From an uncultured Verrucomicrobiae bacterium (GTDB taxonomy: Bacteria; Verrucomicrobiota; Verrucomicrobiia; Chthoniobacterales; Terrimicrobiaceae), in NCBI GenBank assembly GCA_963706955.1, contig CAVPOC010000008.1, positions 1-64,000 of the forward strand: 64,000 bases of DNA. The letters run 5' to 3'. The notes under the pieces were generated by a model. The model saw only the letters and a program-made list of their open reading frames with translations, was not told the origin of the DNA and ran no database searches. A program made the position numbers and the translations under genes. How positions within the stretch are numbered: position 1 is the first letter of the stretch; the number at the start of each line of letters is the position of its first letter. Positions 19,526-30,869 of this stretch are shown in pieces.

Positions 19526-21199
19526 ATGCATAACCTAAATAACCCGCCGTTAATTGTAAAGCAGCTGGTTGATCGGATCGCGCTCCGCGATCCTCCGGTC
19601 GGCGCCCGCAAGAATCAGTCTGATGACTGGCCTGATCCGAAGCCGCTACGAAAGGAGATCATCCCTGTCATCAAAATGGAGCCGACGATGCTACCCGAAT
19701 CGCTGCGCCCATGGAATGTGGACATCGCGTATCGCATGCAATGTCCGCTCGACTTTGTCGGGGTCGCCTCAATCTGTATGTTCTCGCTCGTAATCGGAGC
19801 TGGCTGCGCGATCCGACCAAAACAGAAAGACGATTGGGCGGTAATCCCGAACTTGTGGGGAAGTTTGATTGGGCGACCTGGCGACATGAAGACGCCCGCA
19901 ATGGAAGCTGTATTCAAACTGCTGCACCGGCTGGAAGCCGAGGCGGGCGAAGTCTTTAAAGCTGAAATGAAACGCTACGAGGCAGCGAAAGCCGGACATG
20001 AGGCGAAGACCGCTGCGATCAAGTCGAAGATGCAGGCGGCGCACAAGAAAGGTGAGGCGGGCGAAGCGGTCGAACTCGAACAAGTGCTCGCTGATCTTGA
20101 AGCACCTGAGGCACCTATGCGTAAGCGCTGGATCACAAATGATGCGACGATTGCGAAGCTCGGCGAGCTGATCCGCGACAACCCACGTGGAATTGGTCAA
20201 CTCTTCGATGAATTGATCTCCTTTTTTGCGCGGCTCGATCGCGATGATCACGTCGAGGATCGCGGATTCCATTTGCAATCGTGGAATGGATACGGAACCC
20301 ACAAGTGTGATCGCATTGGCCGCGGCACAACAGAATCACCGCAGCTTTGCGAGACGATCTTTGGCTGTATTACTCCGTCGCCTCTGATCGCGTATCTCTC
20401 GCGCGTGAGCACAGAGAAGCAGAACGATGGCCTGATGCAACGTTTCCAGTTGTCGGTTTGCCCCGATGAGCCGGACTCCAAAGGCGATGTCATCATCGTC
20501 GATGAATATCCTGATCGCGAGGCGGCGACCCTTGTTTTCGAGATCATCAAGAAGCTCGCGAAAACAGACTTCATTGAGCTTGGAGCCGAGATGAGCGAGT
20601 TCTACAACAAGCCGTTCTTTCACTTCGACGAACAAGCGTTCGCATTCTTCGAAACGTGGCTCAAAAAGCTGATCAGAAAGGTGCGCCGCACGGACGAGAC
20701 ACCAGTGATGTCCCAGCACCTGAATAAGTTCAAGAGTTTGATGCCGTCGCTCGCGTTGATCTTCTACCTTGTCGATGTCGCGAAAGCTCTTCTCGATGGC
20801 AAAGAGATCGACGCCCTAGGCGACTGCCGAATCCCGCTGGGATACGCTGAACTCGCGGCGCGCTGGTGCGACTATCTCGAAAGTCACGCGCGCCGGATTT
20901 ACCAACTCGGATTCTCGGCAAGCGCGGCCGCCGCTGAACGGTTGCTAAACAAGCTATCCGGGGATGAGCTTCCGAACGAGTTCTCCGCGCGCGATGTTTA
21001 CACGCGAAACTGGGCGCTGCTCGATTCGAGCGCTCTCGCAGAGGCAGCGATCGACGAATTGCTCGATGCGGGATGGGTGCGAGCATCGCCGCAGGGCTCG
21101 AAGCCGCAATTTTCTTCAATCGGGCGGCCGCTTGGCAAAAAGTTCACTAAGCACCCAAAACTTAGAGAGTTATGGCAAAATTATCATGGAGATTTGTGA
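19526..21199 (+). CDS. DUF3987/YfjI-family P-loop NTPase (putative replication helicase)
   Basis: MQCPLDFV, PNLWGSLIGRPGDMKT (Walker A), NDATIAKL, FDE (Walker B), DRIGRG, DGLMQRF; winged-helix-like C-terminus. Confidence 0.85.
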   Translation: MHNLNNPPLIVKQLVDRIALRDPPVGARKNQSDDWPDPKPLRKEIIPVIKMEPTMLPESLRPWNVDIAYRMQCPLDFVGVASICMFSLVIGAGCAIRPKQKDDWAVIPNLWGSLIGRPGDMKTPAMEAVFKLLHRLEAEAGEVFKAEMKRYEAAKAGHEAKTAAIKSKMQAAHKKGEAGEAVELEQVLADLEAPEAPMRKRWITNDATIAKLGELIRDNPRGIGQLFDELISFFARLDRDDHVEDRGFHLQSWNGYGTHKCDRIGRGTTESPQLCETIFGCITPSPLIAYLSRVSTEKQNDGLMQRFQLSVCPDEPDSKGDVIIVDEYPDREAATLVFEIIKKLAKTDFIELGAEMSEFYNKPFFHFDEQAFAFFETWLKKLIRKVRRTDETPVMSQHLNKFKSLMPSLALIFYLVDVAKALLDGKEIDALGDCRIPLGYAELAARWCDYLESHARRIYQLGFSASAAAAERLLNKLSGDELPNEFSARDVYTRNWALLDSSALAEAAIDELLDAGWVRASPQGSKPQFSSIGRPLGKKFTKHPKLRELWQNYHGDL

Positions 21200-21383
21200 C
21201 TTTTGTTGCGTGACCTATAGAGCGTTCAGACCCGCAAAGTGAAAAAGTCACAAAAGTCACAAAACAGCAGCTTTCTCGCGCGCGCGTATACGCACAGTAA
21301 CCTTCTTCTAAGACTTTTGTGACTTTTGTGATTTTTCACTTTTGGCTGGGAAAACGTATTAGGCGACGTCACAAAACACAAAA
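21193..21383. repeat. inverted 9-bp iteron arrays (AAAAGTCAC), putative replication origin
   Basis: 21236-21264 and 21312-21342 are near-perfect inverted repeats around a CGCGCGCGCGTATACG tract; extra copies at 21193 and 21368. Confidence 0.75.
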
Positions 21384-21722
21384 CTCCCCAGGTGCGAATT
21401 GCACGAATTCGACGAATGGGAAAGGAGTGACGTGACCGGTATTCTTTTCCCACCCGTATGACCTTGGAAGCCATGTAGTTAGATTTATGCGAACCCAACC
21501 CCCATTTCATGATCTCACTTCACGATGATTCCGCCGAACCAGACTACGAAGCACTGGCGGCACGCTTGACCACGAAAACCGGTATTCCCTGGACGCCCAC
21601 CGAGGTCAAAATGTGGGCGGAACTCTTTTTGGGGCTGGCGGCCGGACCGGACGAATCAGACGGTTAAGCCTCTTTCGCCCATGCGCAAGCTTGTGTTCGC
21701 CGGGTTTGCGCTTTTTGCGCTT

Positions 21723-22244
21723 TTAGGAACCTTCTCGCCGCAAGCGGCGCATCGTCTCAGCTTTCTTCTGGCGACGAATATTCGCCTTCGCTTCCTCCGC
21801 CGCAATTTGCTGGGCGCTGGCCGGTCGAAGAGGCTTCCCGCCCTCACCCCTTTCGGGTTGAAAGACCTTTTCAGGCAGTTCGGATAACTCCGTCAAAAAT
21901 TCATGAGCTGCCTCGGTGAGGAGTTGTCGAGCGGCGTGCTCGTGGGGCAGGCCCACCATTCGAGACGCGTATCGGGGGGCAAAGTTCAGAATCGTTCTCC
22001 GTAGCACCGTGAGAATATCAGCGAGTTGTCTCTGAATTCGCCCCCGATCGAGCAGTTCTCCCCGACGACGCTGGGCCTCGGTCTCCGCCATGAAGGCTTT
22101 TGCCTCCATTTGGCGATTTCGATGGGTCAAATATTCGCGAGAGAGCCTTTGCATCTCCGCCTTGTTGGTGGGCTGGCCATTGCCCCCGATTTTGGGAAGT
22201 CTCGGCTTGCTCCCGGCCACTCCTTGCGTCGGATGTTGGGACAT
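21723..22244 (-). CDS. Nu1/DUF1441-like terminase small subunit homolog
   Basis: AETEAQRRRGELLDR..LADILTVLRRTILNFAPRYASRMVG..LLTEAAHEFLTELSE resembles the C-terminal helices of lambda Nu1-type TerS. Confidence 0.55.
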   Translation of the reverse strand: MSQHPTQGVAGSKPRLPKIGGNGQPTNKAEMQRLSREYLTHRNRQMEAKAFMAETEAQRRRGELLDRGRIQRQLADILTVLRRTILNFAPRYASRMVGLPHEHAARQLLTEAAHEFLTELSELPEKVFQPERGEGGKPLRPASAQQIAAEEAKANIRRQKKAETMRRLRREGS

Positions 22245-22472
22245 TTAATCGAAAAGTGAATTACCTGTGGTTAATGCAGCCCCTTTTTGTTGGACGCGCC
22301 GCATCGTGCAGAGGTAAAATGGCTGGAAGAACCTTATGGGGAGGGGCGCTTTGATACATTCGAGGTATGGCATAGGAAGGAAGAAGAGCCGGTCCCCAGC
22401 TAACACGAGACAAGACGGGCGCCGGTCAACCCAAACTTGGTAACCGATGCGCACTATTCTTCTCCAAAGCGC

Positions 22473-22625
22473 GGTCGAGGCACCCAGCGAGTTCAGGGCC
22501 CAATAGATAGCCGTGTTGTGGGCGCAGACGCAACTTCCGCAAATTATCATTGCCAACCAAAGTCTTCTGAAGACGGGGGTTCGCAATGCCAGCCACGTAG
22601 AGGTTTTTTTAGCGGTCTTTTCCAA
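22473..22625 (-). pseudogene. MFS transporter N-terminal remnant
   Basis: STWLALRTPVFRRLWLA.. first TM only. Confidence 0.6.
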
Positions 22626-22882
22626 GGGGAGTGGTCGAGTTAAAGCGGGAGGGTCTTCTTTATCTCCGAATTCTCTACTGAGTACGCTTCGGGTAACAAT
22701 CGCATATAGAAAGCAGTTTCCTTGGATCCCGATGCAGCTTCTGCCGCGCTGTGCGGCATCGTCAGAACCGGTACACTGCCTTGCTCAAGCTGGTCTTCAG
22801 CGAGGACGAGATCCAGAGAGTCATTGCGCGAGGCGGCAGCCCCGCCACTGATTGCTGTAGCTTCGGATTTCGATTTTCAAGA

Positions 22883-23200
22883 TCATGGCGCCTGCACGCA
22901 TCGGAGTCCGAGGGGTTCGTGCCCGTATTGACCTCCCCCTTGCCGCGCGTGCCCACTGTGTAGCGGGTGCAATATTGAGTGTTGCAGAGGAAGGAACCGC
23001 CTTTGTGGACGCGCTTTTTCTTCGACGGCTCGACGGGATCGAAGGGGTTTTCCGGGCCTGCGGGTTTCGCGTGACGCTCCCTTCATTCAAGTTTTTGAAA
23101 ATAATCGGGACGATACCACTCGCTGCACCATTGCCAGACGTTGCCCGCCACGTCGTAGAGACCGTAGTCATTTGGGGAAACGATTTCACGGGCGCGATAC
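22883..23200 (-). pseudogene. formylglycine-generating enzyme (FGE-sulfatase) C-terminal remnant
   Basis: Across frames: DYGLYDVAGNVWQWCSEWY, RVHKGGSFLCNTQYCTRY, LGLRCV. Confidence 0.75.
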
Positions 23201-23474
23201 CGGCACTATCCCTTGGTGACGAGCGGGGTGAAGGAGTTCATCCGCTTCTGGCAGACCACTCACGTGCTCTGCTCGCGCGTTACCTCTATTTATGCGCTTT
23301 CGCGGGTTTTACAGAGAGTGCGCGATACGGGTTCGAATCCCGTTAGGGTCGCCACTCGTTTAGAGCGACGATTCGCCTTCAATATCAGATAAATAGAGCG
23401 TCTACGGACGATTCGCCAGTCCTGATTGAAAGTGCAGTTTGGTGCTGTTCTGGCGGAAAAATTGTTACCTTTTG

Positions 23475-25304
23475 CTACCCTCTGTGGAGATAGGAAAGGA
23501 GGATCCTTTGGATTTCGGTTTCTGTTTTTGGATGGGTTTGCACATCATGGCCCGTTGGGACAATCAGCTCGGATTCGGCACCGTCTAAGTGTGAGCTCGA
23601 GTAGCCAACGATGCCGTCGGAGCTTTGCGGCGAGTCACCACGACCGCGGTCTCCGATCACGGAGTGGTAAGCTAACCCGGGGGCGAATGGAGCATGTTCG
23701 AATGCCTTGTAGATTGGCGCCTCTGGAGAGAGGGAATCGATTCCCGTGAACGAGCGTCGACTCACCTTCAATCCGTCGAGTACGTCAACAAGTGACGAGA
23801 GCACACGGGTCTGAAATCGCACCAAGCTTGTCGGCAACCCGACAAATTTGCGTCCGAGCTGGGCGAATGAGGCGTCGGCCATTCGGGTGCCGCGATGTGG
23901 GGTCGCCAGGAAGATGACTTCTCTCACTCCTGGTACCGGTTTCCAGAAAATTAATCTCCGGAGCTCTTCGCGATCTTCCGGCTCCAGTTGGACCTGATCG
24001 AAAGGTGTTTTGGAAACGAGCGTCCACAGCTGCTCACCAACGTCGGTTGCAAGAATCCGAGCGATGGTTCCCCCCATGCTGTACCCGACGATCACGATAT
24101 TTTTCGACGCGCGCGAGTTACCGCCCGGGTCACCCGAGCCGCGGATAAGCGCGATTTTGTCGCGAATGAGTGCGGCCGATTGTGGAACGGGCACTCCTGT
24201 TGAATAGAACGCGTACCAAAACTGAAAGTTTGCACGGATCAATGGGTTCTTCATCGCGTCGGTGGCAACGTTTCGCCAGACGAGCGGCGAAGATGTGAGC
24301 CCGTGCAGAAGCAAGACGGGAATGCGGTCGGGATCGAATGGCTCGATGAGATAGATTCCGTTGTAATCCGCGCCCGCCTCTACGTTCAGGATAGCACGAA
24401 CGCCAAGCATCAGGTCGTTGATTCCCTCGAACGACATTGCCAGCGGCGCTGTGAAGTCGCCAGCGAGCAGAAGGGACTTTCCTTGGATGCGGGCGGTCGC
24501 CGTGCGGTCCAGGTCGTAAACCTTCAGGCGCACCCGCGTCTGGCCATTGCTCTCGCGATCAAAGTCAGCGAACGAACCAAGGGGCGCAAAAACGCCTCGC
24601 TTCGGAGGTTGGAAGCCCAGTTCGGCCCGCCTAGCTTCGGTACGTTCGCGGATTCCAACTAGCGGAGCGCCGATGCCGTCGGTACGCGCCCGCTTTTTGA
24701 AACCCGTGACCTTAACGTAGTCCGCAGGGACCAATCGATCGAAGTATCGAGAGTGGTAGCGATCCTCCGCGGCGTAACGCGGGGCCACGCTCCTGGTGCC
24801 CAATGGCGTTTCCACCGTGAGCGTTCCCGAGCCTGCAGCGAGAGCCCTGGAATGCTCAAAAACGAACGCGGCGAGCGCGGTGTTATAGATGGCGACAGAC
24901 CTGCAGGTGGCCGGAGTGGCGTCCCAGCGCGAAGATGGCACACCGGATTGAAGTAGACTCCGATAGGCCAACTCGCATGCAGCAAGGGCGTATCCTCCGC
25001 GCAGGCCGCGCTTCAAGACCGCGGAGGACTCGGCAAGCCGCAATACGATTTCCGCCGCTTGTGCCAAGCGACGGGAATCCGTCCCTGCCCATTGCTTCAG
25101 CTCGCCGGGCGATGTTTCCGGTTTTCCTTTGTCTAACCTCAGCCTGTCCCTGCGAGCGTCGCGTACGATTTCGGCGCTGGAGAGAACTCCCTTCGGGACC
25201 GGGCGGTAAGGCTCCGATTGAATGCGGGTGGTAATCGTCGAGCCGCAGCCGGTCAGAAAAATTGCGAGCCATGCTACGCCGAGAACACATCTGCGCTCAA
25301 CCAT
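23475..25304 (-). CDS. alpha/beta-hydrolase lipoprotein (lipase/esterase-like)
   Basis: Lipobox FLTGC; LLHGLTSS, GYSMGG nucleophile elbow, ATPHRG, SDGIV..SSHL. Confidence 0.85.
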   Translation of the reverse strand: MVERRCVLGVAWLAIFLTGCGSTITTRIQSEPYRPVPKGVLSSAEIVRDARRDRLRLDKGKPETSPGELKQWAGTDSRRLAQAAEIVLRLAESSAVLKRGLRGGYALAACELAYRSLLQSGVPSSRWDATPATCRSVAIYNTALAAFVFEHSRALAAGSGTLTVETPLGTRSVAPRYAAEDRYHSRYFDRLVPADYVKVTGFKKRARTDGIGAPLVGIRERTEARRAELGFQPPKRGVFAPLGSFADFDRESNGQTRVRLKVYDLDRTATARIQGKSLLLAGDFTAPLAMSFEGINDLMLGVRAILNVEAGADYNGIYLIEPFDPDRIPVLLLHGLTSSPLVWRNVATDAMKNPLIRANFQFWYAFYSTGVPVPQSAALIRDKIALIRGSGDPGGNSRASKNIVIVGYSMGGTIARILATDVGEQLWTLVSKTPFDQVQLEPEDREELRRLIFWKPVPGVREVIFLATPHRGTRMADASFAQLGRKFVGLPTSLVRFQTRVLSSLVDVLDGLKVSRRSFTGIDSLSPEAPIYKAFEHAPFAPGLAYHSVIGDRGRGDSPQSSDGIVGYSSSHLDGAESELIVPTGHDVQTHPKTETEIQRILLSYLHRG

Positions 25305-25467
25305 CGGACTTCTGGCCCGTAAACATTAGTTCCTTGCGAAGGCAATCGTGGAGTTGGGAGTGTCAAACTGTTTTTTTGAGGTCCTGAATGGTTTGCATGG
25401 TTCAATGTGCTCTTGATTGCAAGGGCAATCTGCCGTTGGCGTCGACGTCTCTAGACCTTGTTTGACG

Positions 25468-25615
25468 AAAACCCTGTGTCTGAAGCTATCGGAAAGCTTC
25501 ACAAAAGTCATTTGGACGATCGGTTTCGCCCTTTCCGCTGTGATCAGCTTCTCGCTGTTTGAACCTCGTCATCGAGGGCATTGCGCTCGGCATGGCTTAT
25601 ATCATCTGGACGGGG
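25468..25615 (+). pseudogene. SMR/DMT small multidrug exporter remnant
   Basis: LKLSESFTK...IALGMAYIIWTG across a frameshift. Confidence 0.65.
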
Positions 25616-25717
25616 AAATCGCTTAACGGCGGTTACGCGGATTTTGCGCCCTACTGCTTTCAGTTGTCATTGGAGGTGGTTCCGGAGCAACATGGCCGCT
25701 TCCTCATTAAAAGTGGC

Positions 25718-26368
25718 ATGAAAAACAAGCATCGGCGGAGCCGTGTCGTCACTTTCTCGTTGACTGCTGTTGCCATAGCCACAACGGCCTTGCTCGTCGC
25801 GACCGGCTGCGGGAAGAAGCAGGAACAATCTCCAGGCGAAATCGTGCGCTCGGTAAAGACCTTCACATTGGGCCAGGTGGCGGTCCAAAGAACCATGGAG
25901 CTGCCGGGCGAAACAAGGGCGAGCAAGGAGGCGACGCTCGCTTTCGAAGTTAATGGACGCATTTCCGAACTTCCGGTCAAGGAAGGTGATGTCGTCAAGG
26001 AAGGGCAGTTACTTGCACAACTTGATCCGCGCGAGCTGAAAGCGAGTTTGGATTCGGCGATTGCCGACTGGAATGCGGCAAAGGCTAAGTTCGAACGGGC
26101 AGCAAGACTGCTTGAGAGAAGGGTCATTTCCACTCAAGAATTCGAGAACGAGAAGCGCGAGTATCAGGTGAGCGTTGCGAAGCTGGACCAGGCAAAGAAG
26201 GTCTTCGGGGACACAACGTTGAAGGCGGATTTCGACGGGGTGGTCGCAAAAATCTTCGTCAAGCAGTTCGAGAATATCGCAGCCAAAGCGAACGTGATGG
26301 TGCTTCAGGACACCTCCGAGACCTCGAGCACGTTGCCCTCAGTTAATCACTTCGAGTCTCGCATCTGA
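25718..26368 (+). pseudogene. RND efflux membrane fusion protein, C-terminally truncated
   Basis: Lipobox ATGC, LAFEVNGRI, VKEGDVVKEGQLLAQLD, TTLKADFDGVV; the beta-barrel end and the RND partner are missing. Confidence 0.8.
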
Positions 26369-26666
26369 GCCACGATCCTAAAAAAAGCATGCTTTTTGGT
26401 TTTAAACGAGGGGAGGGGGCGGACCAGGATTCAGCCCAACCCAGCCCCCCTCGAATAGTTTCCACGCTTCTTGGTGAGGTTCTTCCGGTATCCAGCAGGG
26501 TTCAGGAATTTTATTCCTAAACACGCTTTCACCCGCTATTGTTGGTTAACGACTGATTCTTTGGTGAAACGCGACCATGGTCCGCCGGCGGGAGCGCCGC
26601 GAGCTTTCACGCTACACGTTGGACTCTTTGCGACGCCTTGGTTGCATCCGAATGGCGGTTAGGCCC

Positions 26667-29600
26667 ATGAAAACGGAGGACAGACGCGTCTGCCCGAGTT
26701 GCGGTAATGAGTTTTCCGGAGCAGTGGAATTCTGTCCGATGTGCATGCTGCACGGGGCACTCGCTGATGACGTTGAGTCCGGCGAGTCTTCTTCTGAGCG
26801 CGTGATCAAGCCGAAATCGCAAGACGTGGCACGACGATTTCAGCACTATGAGGTAGTAGCTCGGCAAAGACGGGAGACTTGTCGAGCTAGGTCACGGCGC
26901 GATGGGCGTAACCTACAAAGCGTTCGACATCGACCTTCGATGCCCCGTGACATTGAAAGTCATCAGCGAGAAGTATCTCGGTGACGAATCGGCGCGCCTT
27001 CGTTTCTTGCGTGAAGCACGCGCAGCGGCCAGAGATTCGTCATCCAAATGTTGCCTCGGTCTTCCACCTTGGGAGAACGGGCGACAATTACTTCTACGCG
27101 ATGGAGTTTGTGGACGGAGAAACTCTCGACAACCTGATCAGGCGCTCAGGACGGCTTGAGGTAAAGTTGGCTCTGGACATTGCGACGCAGGTCGCCGCTG
27201 GTTTGGCTGCCGTCCACAAACAGGAGCTCGTTCACCGTGACATCAAACCAAGCAATATCATGGTGAGCTTTGAGGAGGAGGGCGCTGTGACAGCTAAGAT
27301 TATCGATCTCGGCTTGGCCAAGGCGGTCGATGAATCCGGTGCTCAAACCACGATCTCGGGGAGCGGGGCCTTTGCCGGCACACCAGAGTTCGCCAGTCCG
27401 GAACAAGTTATAGGAGGAGAGGTAGATATCCGTTCGGATCTCTACTCGCTGGGAGTTTCGCTCTGGCAGATGCTGACCGGTCAGGTGCCATTTCGGGGTA
27501 CTGCCGCCGGAGTTATGTCTCAACATCAGCACGCTCCCTTGCCGCTTGAGAAACTCGAAAGTGTGCCGCAGCCAGTCGTCAGCCTCATTGAAGTGCTGCT
27601 CGATAAAGATCCCAAGCGGCGTTTTCAGACACCGGCCGAACTTCTGAAGGCGTTGCCGACGATAACGGGCGCTATCGACGAAGGCCTTACAATTACTTAT
27701 CAGAGCTTGGGGTCGAGGCCCGACAGAGATTCCTACTCCGTAACCCGCAAGCCGCCTGCAAGACTGGGACCGGAGAAGATCTCAATAGCCAGATTGCCAG
27801 TTACAGGAAGCGATATTTTTGGGCGGGAGGATGACATCGCTTTCTTGGATGGTTCCTGGGCAAACGAGGATACAAATATCGTCACGATTGTGGCCTGGGC
27901 TGGTGTCGGGAAGTCGACACTCGTCAATCATTGGCTCAGGACGGATGGCCGCCCAACACTATCGTTCTGCTGAGCTAGTTTTTGGTTGGTCATTTTACCG
28001 GCAGGGTACCAGCGGGGGCACCTCGTCCGCAGATGAATTCCTTGACGCTGCTTTAACTTGGTTTGGAGATCCCGATCCACGGATAGGAACGGCATGGGAG
28101 AAGGGCGAAAGATTGGCGAAACTGATCGCGCATCGTCGAACCCTACTGGTTCTGGATGGCCTGGAGCCGCTCCAAAATCCGCCTGGTCCACAAGAAGGAC
28201 GGCTTCCGTGATGCTTCCCTGCAGGCGCTTCTGCGCGAGCTTGCTGCTTTCAATAAGGGGCTTTGCATAATCACCACGCGGCTGCCGGTCGCTGACCTTG
28301 CGGATCACGCGGGGACCTCAGCCCCGCGTCGGGACTTGGAACAGCTATCCAGCGATGCCGGGGCAAAGCTACTCCGAGCGCTGGCCGTAAAGGGAGATGA
28401 AGTGGAGCTGCGGACTGCCAGCGACGAGTTCAGCGGCCATTGTCTGGCGCTAGCTCTGTTGGGCAGTTATCTGACTGATGCTTACAATGGAGATATCCAT
28501 TTTCGCAAAGAAGTGTCCGCCCGTCTCGCTCACGACGTACGACAAGGAGCCCACGCCAGAAAGGTGATGGAATCTTACCAAACCTGGTTTGGGGAAGGTC
28601 CTGAGCTGTCGGTTCTGCGCATGTTAGGCCTATTTGACCGTCCCGCTGACGAAAAGGCGTTGGAAGTACTGCTGAAACCACCTGTGATCCATGGCCTTAC
28701 GGAGTCGTTAACTTATTTGAGCCCGTGCCGACTGGCGCACGATTCTTGCCAGGTTAAGAAGAGCGAAGCTTCTCGCCGGAGAAGATCCGCACAATCCCGG
28801 ACACCTCGATACGCATCCTCTCGTTCGTGAGCACTTTGGTGAACAGCTCCAGAGTCAGCGAAGCGAGGCGTGGAAGGAATGCAATAGACGGCTTTACAAC
28901 TACTATCGAGCGCTCGCGCCCCAGTTGCCAGATAGTTTTAGGGAGATGGAGCCGCTTTTCTCGTCCGTTATCTGCGGCTGCAATGCCGGACTATTTCGTG
29001 AAGCACTACATGAAGTCTACATTCCGCGAATTCAGCGCGGAGATGTCTACTTTGCCGCCAATGTCCTCGGGGCCAGAGGGGCATTACTCTTGGTGTTAGT
29101 CCATTTCTTCGAACACGCACGGTGGGGGTCACCCGTGGAAACCGGTGTCGCGGAACAGAGTCTCACTGCGGAAGATCAGCTCTTCATCCTCACGCAGGCG
29201 ACGCTTTATCTGACCGCTACGCGAGGACCCGCAGCACCTGAGATGCGAATTTGTTACGAACTCGCTGAGCCCTTGTGCCATTCCCTTAATCGTCCGCTGC
29301 TACTGTATGTGACGCTGGCGGGTCATTGGCGCTTTTCTCTTCACACTGAGAAGCTGACTGCGACCATGCGGATTGCCGAACGGGTTTGCACACTGGCGGA
29401 AGAGCAGAACAACCCTGCCCTTAAAGTAGGAGCCTACCACATTTCGGCAGCGACGCTCTACAATTTGGGCGATTTTCAGGCCGCACGCAAATACGCGAGG
29501 AGTGGCATTCAAATCTGGCGCTCGGGGGCAGTGCCGTCTCCGGTGGAGGACTTCGAAACCGCCGCCGTCTGTTGTCTATGCTATGACGGAGTATTAGACT

Positions 29601-30253
29601 GGCATTTCGGAGAGATGGACTCCTGCCAAGCGAGGATGGCAGAAGCGATCGCGTTAGCCAAAGAGGTGAACGATATGCCCGGACTGGCCGTCGCACTATG
29701 CCTTGCAGCGTTACTCGGTTACTGTAAGCGTAATCCAGCTGAAGTGGAACGCCTGGCATCAGACGTCATTGAACTGTCAACTCGTCACCATTTTGCGCAT
29801 TGGCTGGTTCACGGATCCATACTTCGCGGTTGGGCGCGTAGCGCTTCCGGTAACACCAAGGAAGGCATCTCGTGGATCGAGGACGGAATCCGAGACTTTC
29901 GGGCCACTGGCGCAATCATAGGCCTGCCAACTGCGCTGGGAATGAAAGCTGAAGCTTTGCACTTAGCGGATCGTACGTCCGAAGCTCTTGAGGCAATCAA
30001 GGAGGCAGAGGCACTAGTCGAAAGATATGAAGAGCGCCGTTTGTTTCCCGAACTGCACCGGCTCCGTGGTGTGTTTCTCACGGCTATGGGTGCTGACGAG
30101 ACCCAGATTGAGGCTTCGTTCTGCGAAGCCATCAGAGTCGCAAAGGAGCAGAAGTCGGTTTCGCTAGAGAAACGCGCAGAAGCAACTTACGCAGAATACC
30201 GCCGCCAAAAAGCGAGTGGGTTAGGAGGACGTGGATTTCGACTACCCCTTTGA
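26667..30253 (+). pseudogene. Ser/Thr kinase, STAND-like ATPase and TPR-like helical protein, about five frameshifts
   Basis: CPSC..CPMC knuckle, HRDIKPSN, DLGLAK, GTPEFASPEQ, AWAGVGKST, LLVLDGLE and a TPR-like tail spread over ORFs 26577, 26902, 26981, 27819, 28156 and 28925. Confidence 0.85.
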
Positions 30254-30450
30254 TAACTTACCTTCGGCACTGGTAGAACCGCTGCCGCCTGGGGGTCAGG
30301 ACGAGTTGCTCATAGTAAGCGGTTTGCAGTTGCCGCCGGATCGCGTCATCTTGCACGCATGGCTGCCAAATCACCCCCCAAGTCCGCCAAGTCCGCCCTG
30401 AAACCTAAACAAGCTGCCTCCAAGAAGGGCGGCAAAGGGGGGAAATACTG

Positions 30451-30855
30451 ATGCCGGCGCTAGGACAGCGTAAAGAACCCGAGATACCGGTCGAGAAGAT
30501 TAAGCAACTGGCGAGTATAGGGTGCACCGATGAGGAGATATCACTCATTGCTGGCATATCGGAGGCCACTCTTCAGACGAGATATCATGCCCTATTAAAA
30601 GAAGGACGTGCCTCGTTTAAAGCCGAGATCCGTGGGATGCAACGGAGGCGGTGCTTGGACGGTTCGGACACGATGCTAATCTGGCTTGGTAAGGTTGTCC
30701 TGCACCAAAAAGAGCGCACGGAACTCACGCTTGAGGCGACTGATACGCTCGCGGCGTTCATCAACTCAATCCGCGAGGCGGGAGGGCCAAGACAGTTTGC
30801 CGTGGCGGAGCGCGGGGGGCCACTGCACGCGGAAGATAACGGGGGGCGTGGCTAG
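30451..30855 (+). CDS. HTH-type terminase small subunit-like protein
   Basis: LASIGCTDEEISLIAGISEATL...GSDTMLIWLGKVVLHQ pattern typical of phage TerS-like proteins. Confidence 0.7.
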   Translation: MPALGQRKEPEIPVEKIKQLASIGCTDEEISLIAGISEATLQTRYHALLKEGRASFKAEIRGMQRRRCLDGSDTMLIWLGKVVLHQKERTELTLEATDTLAAFINSIREAGGPRQFAVAERGGPLHAEDNGGRG

Positions 30856-30869
30856 GTTATACGGTCCGC

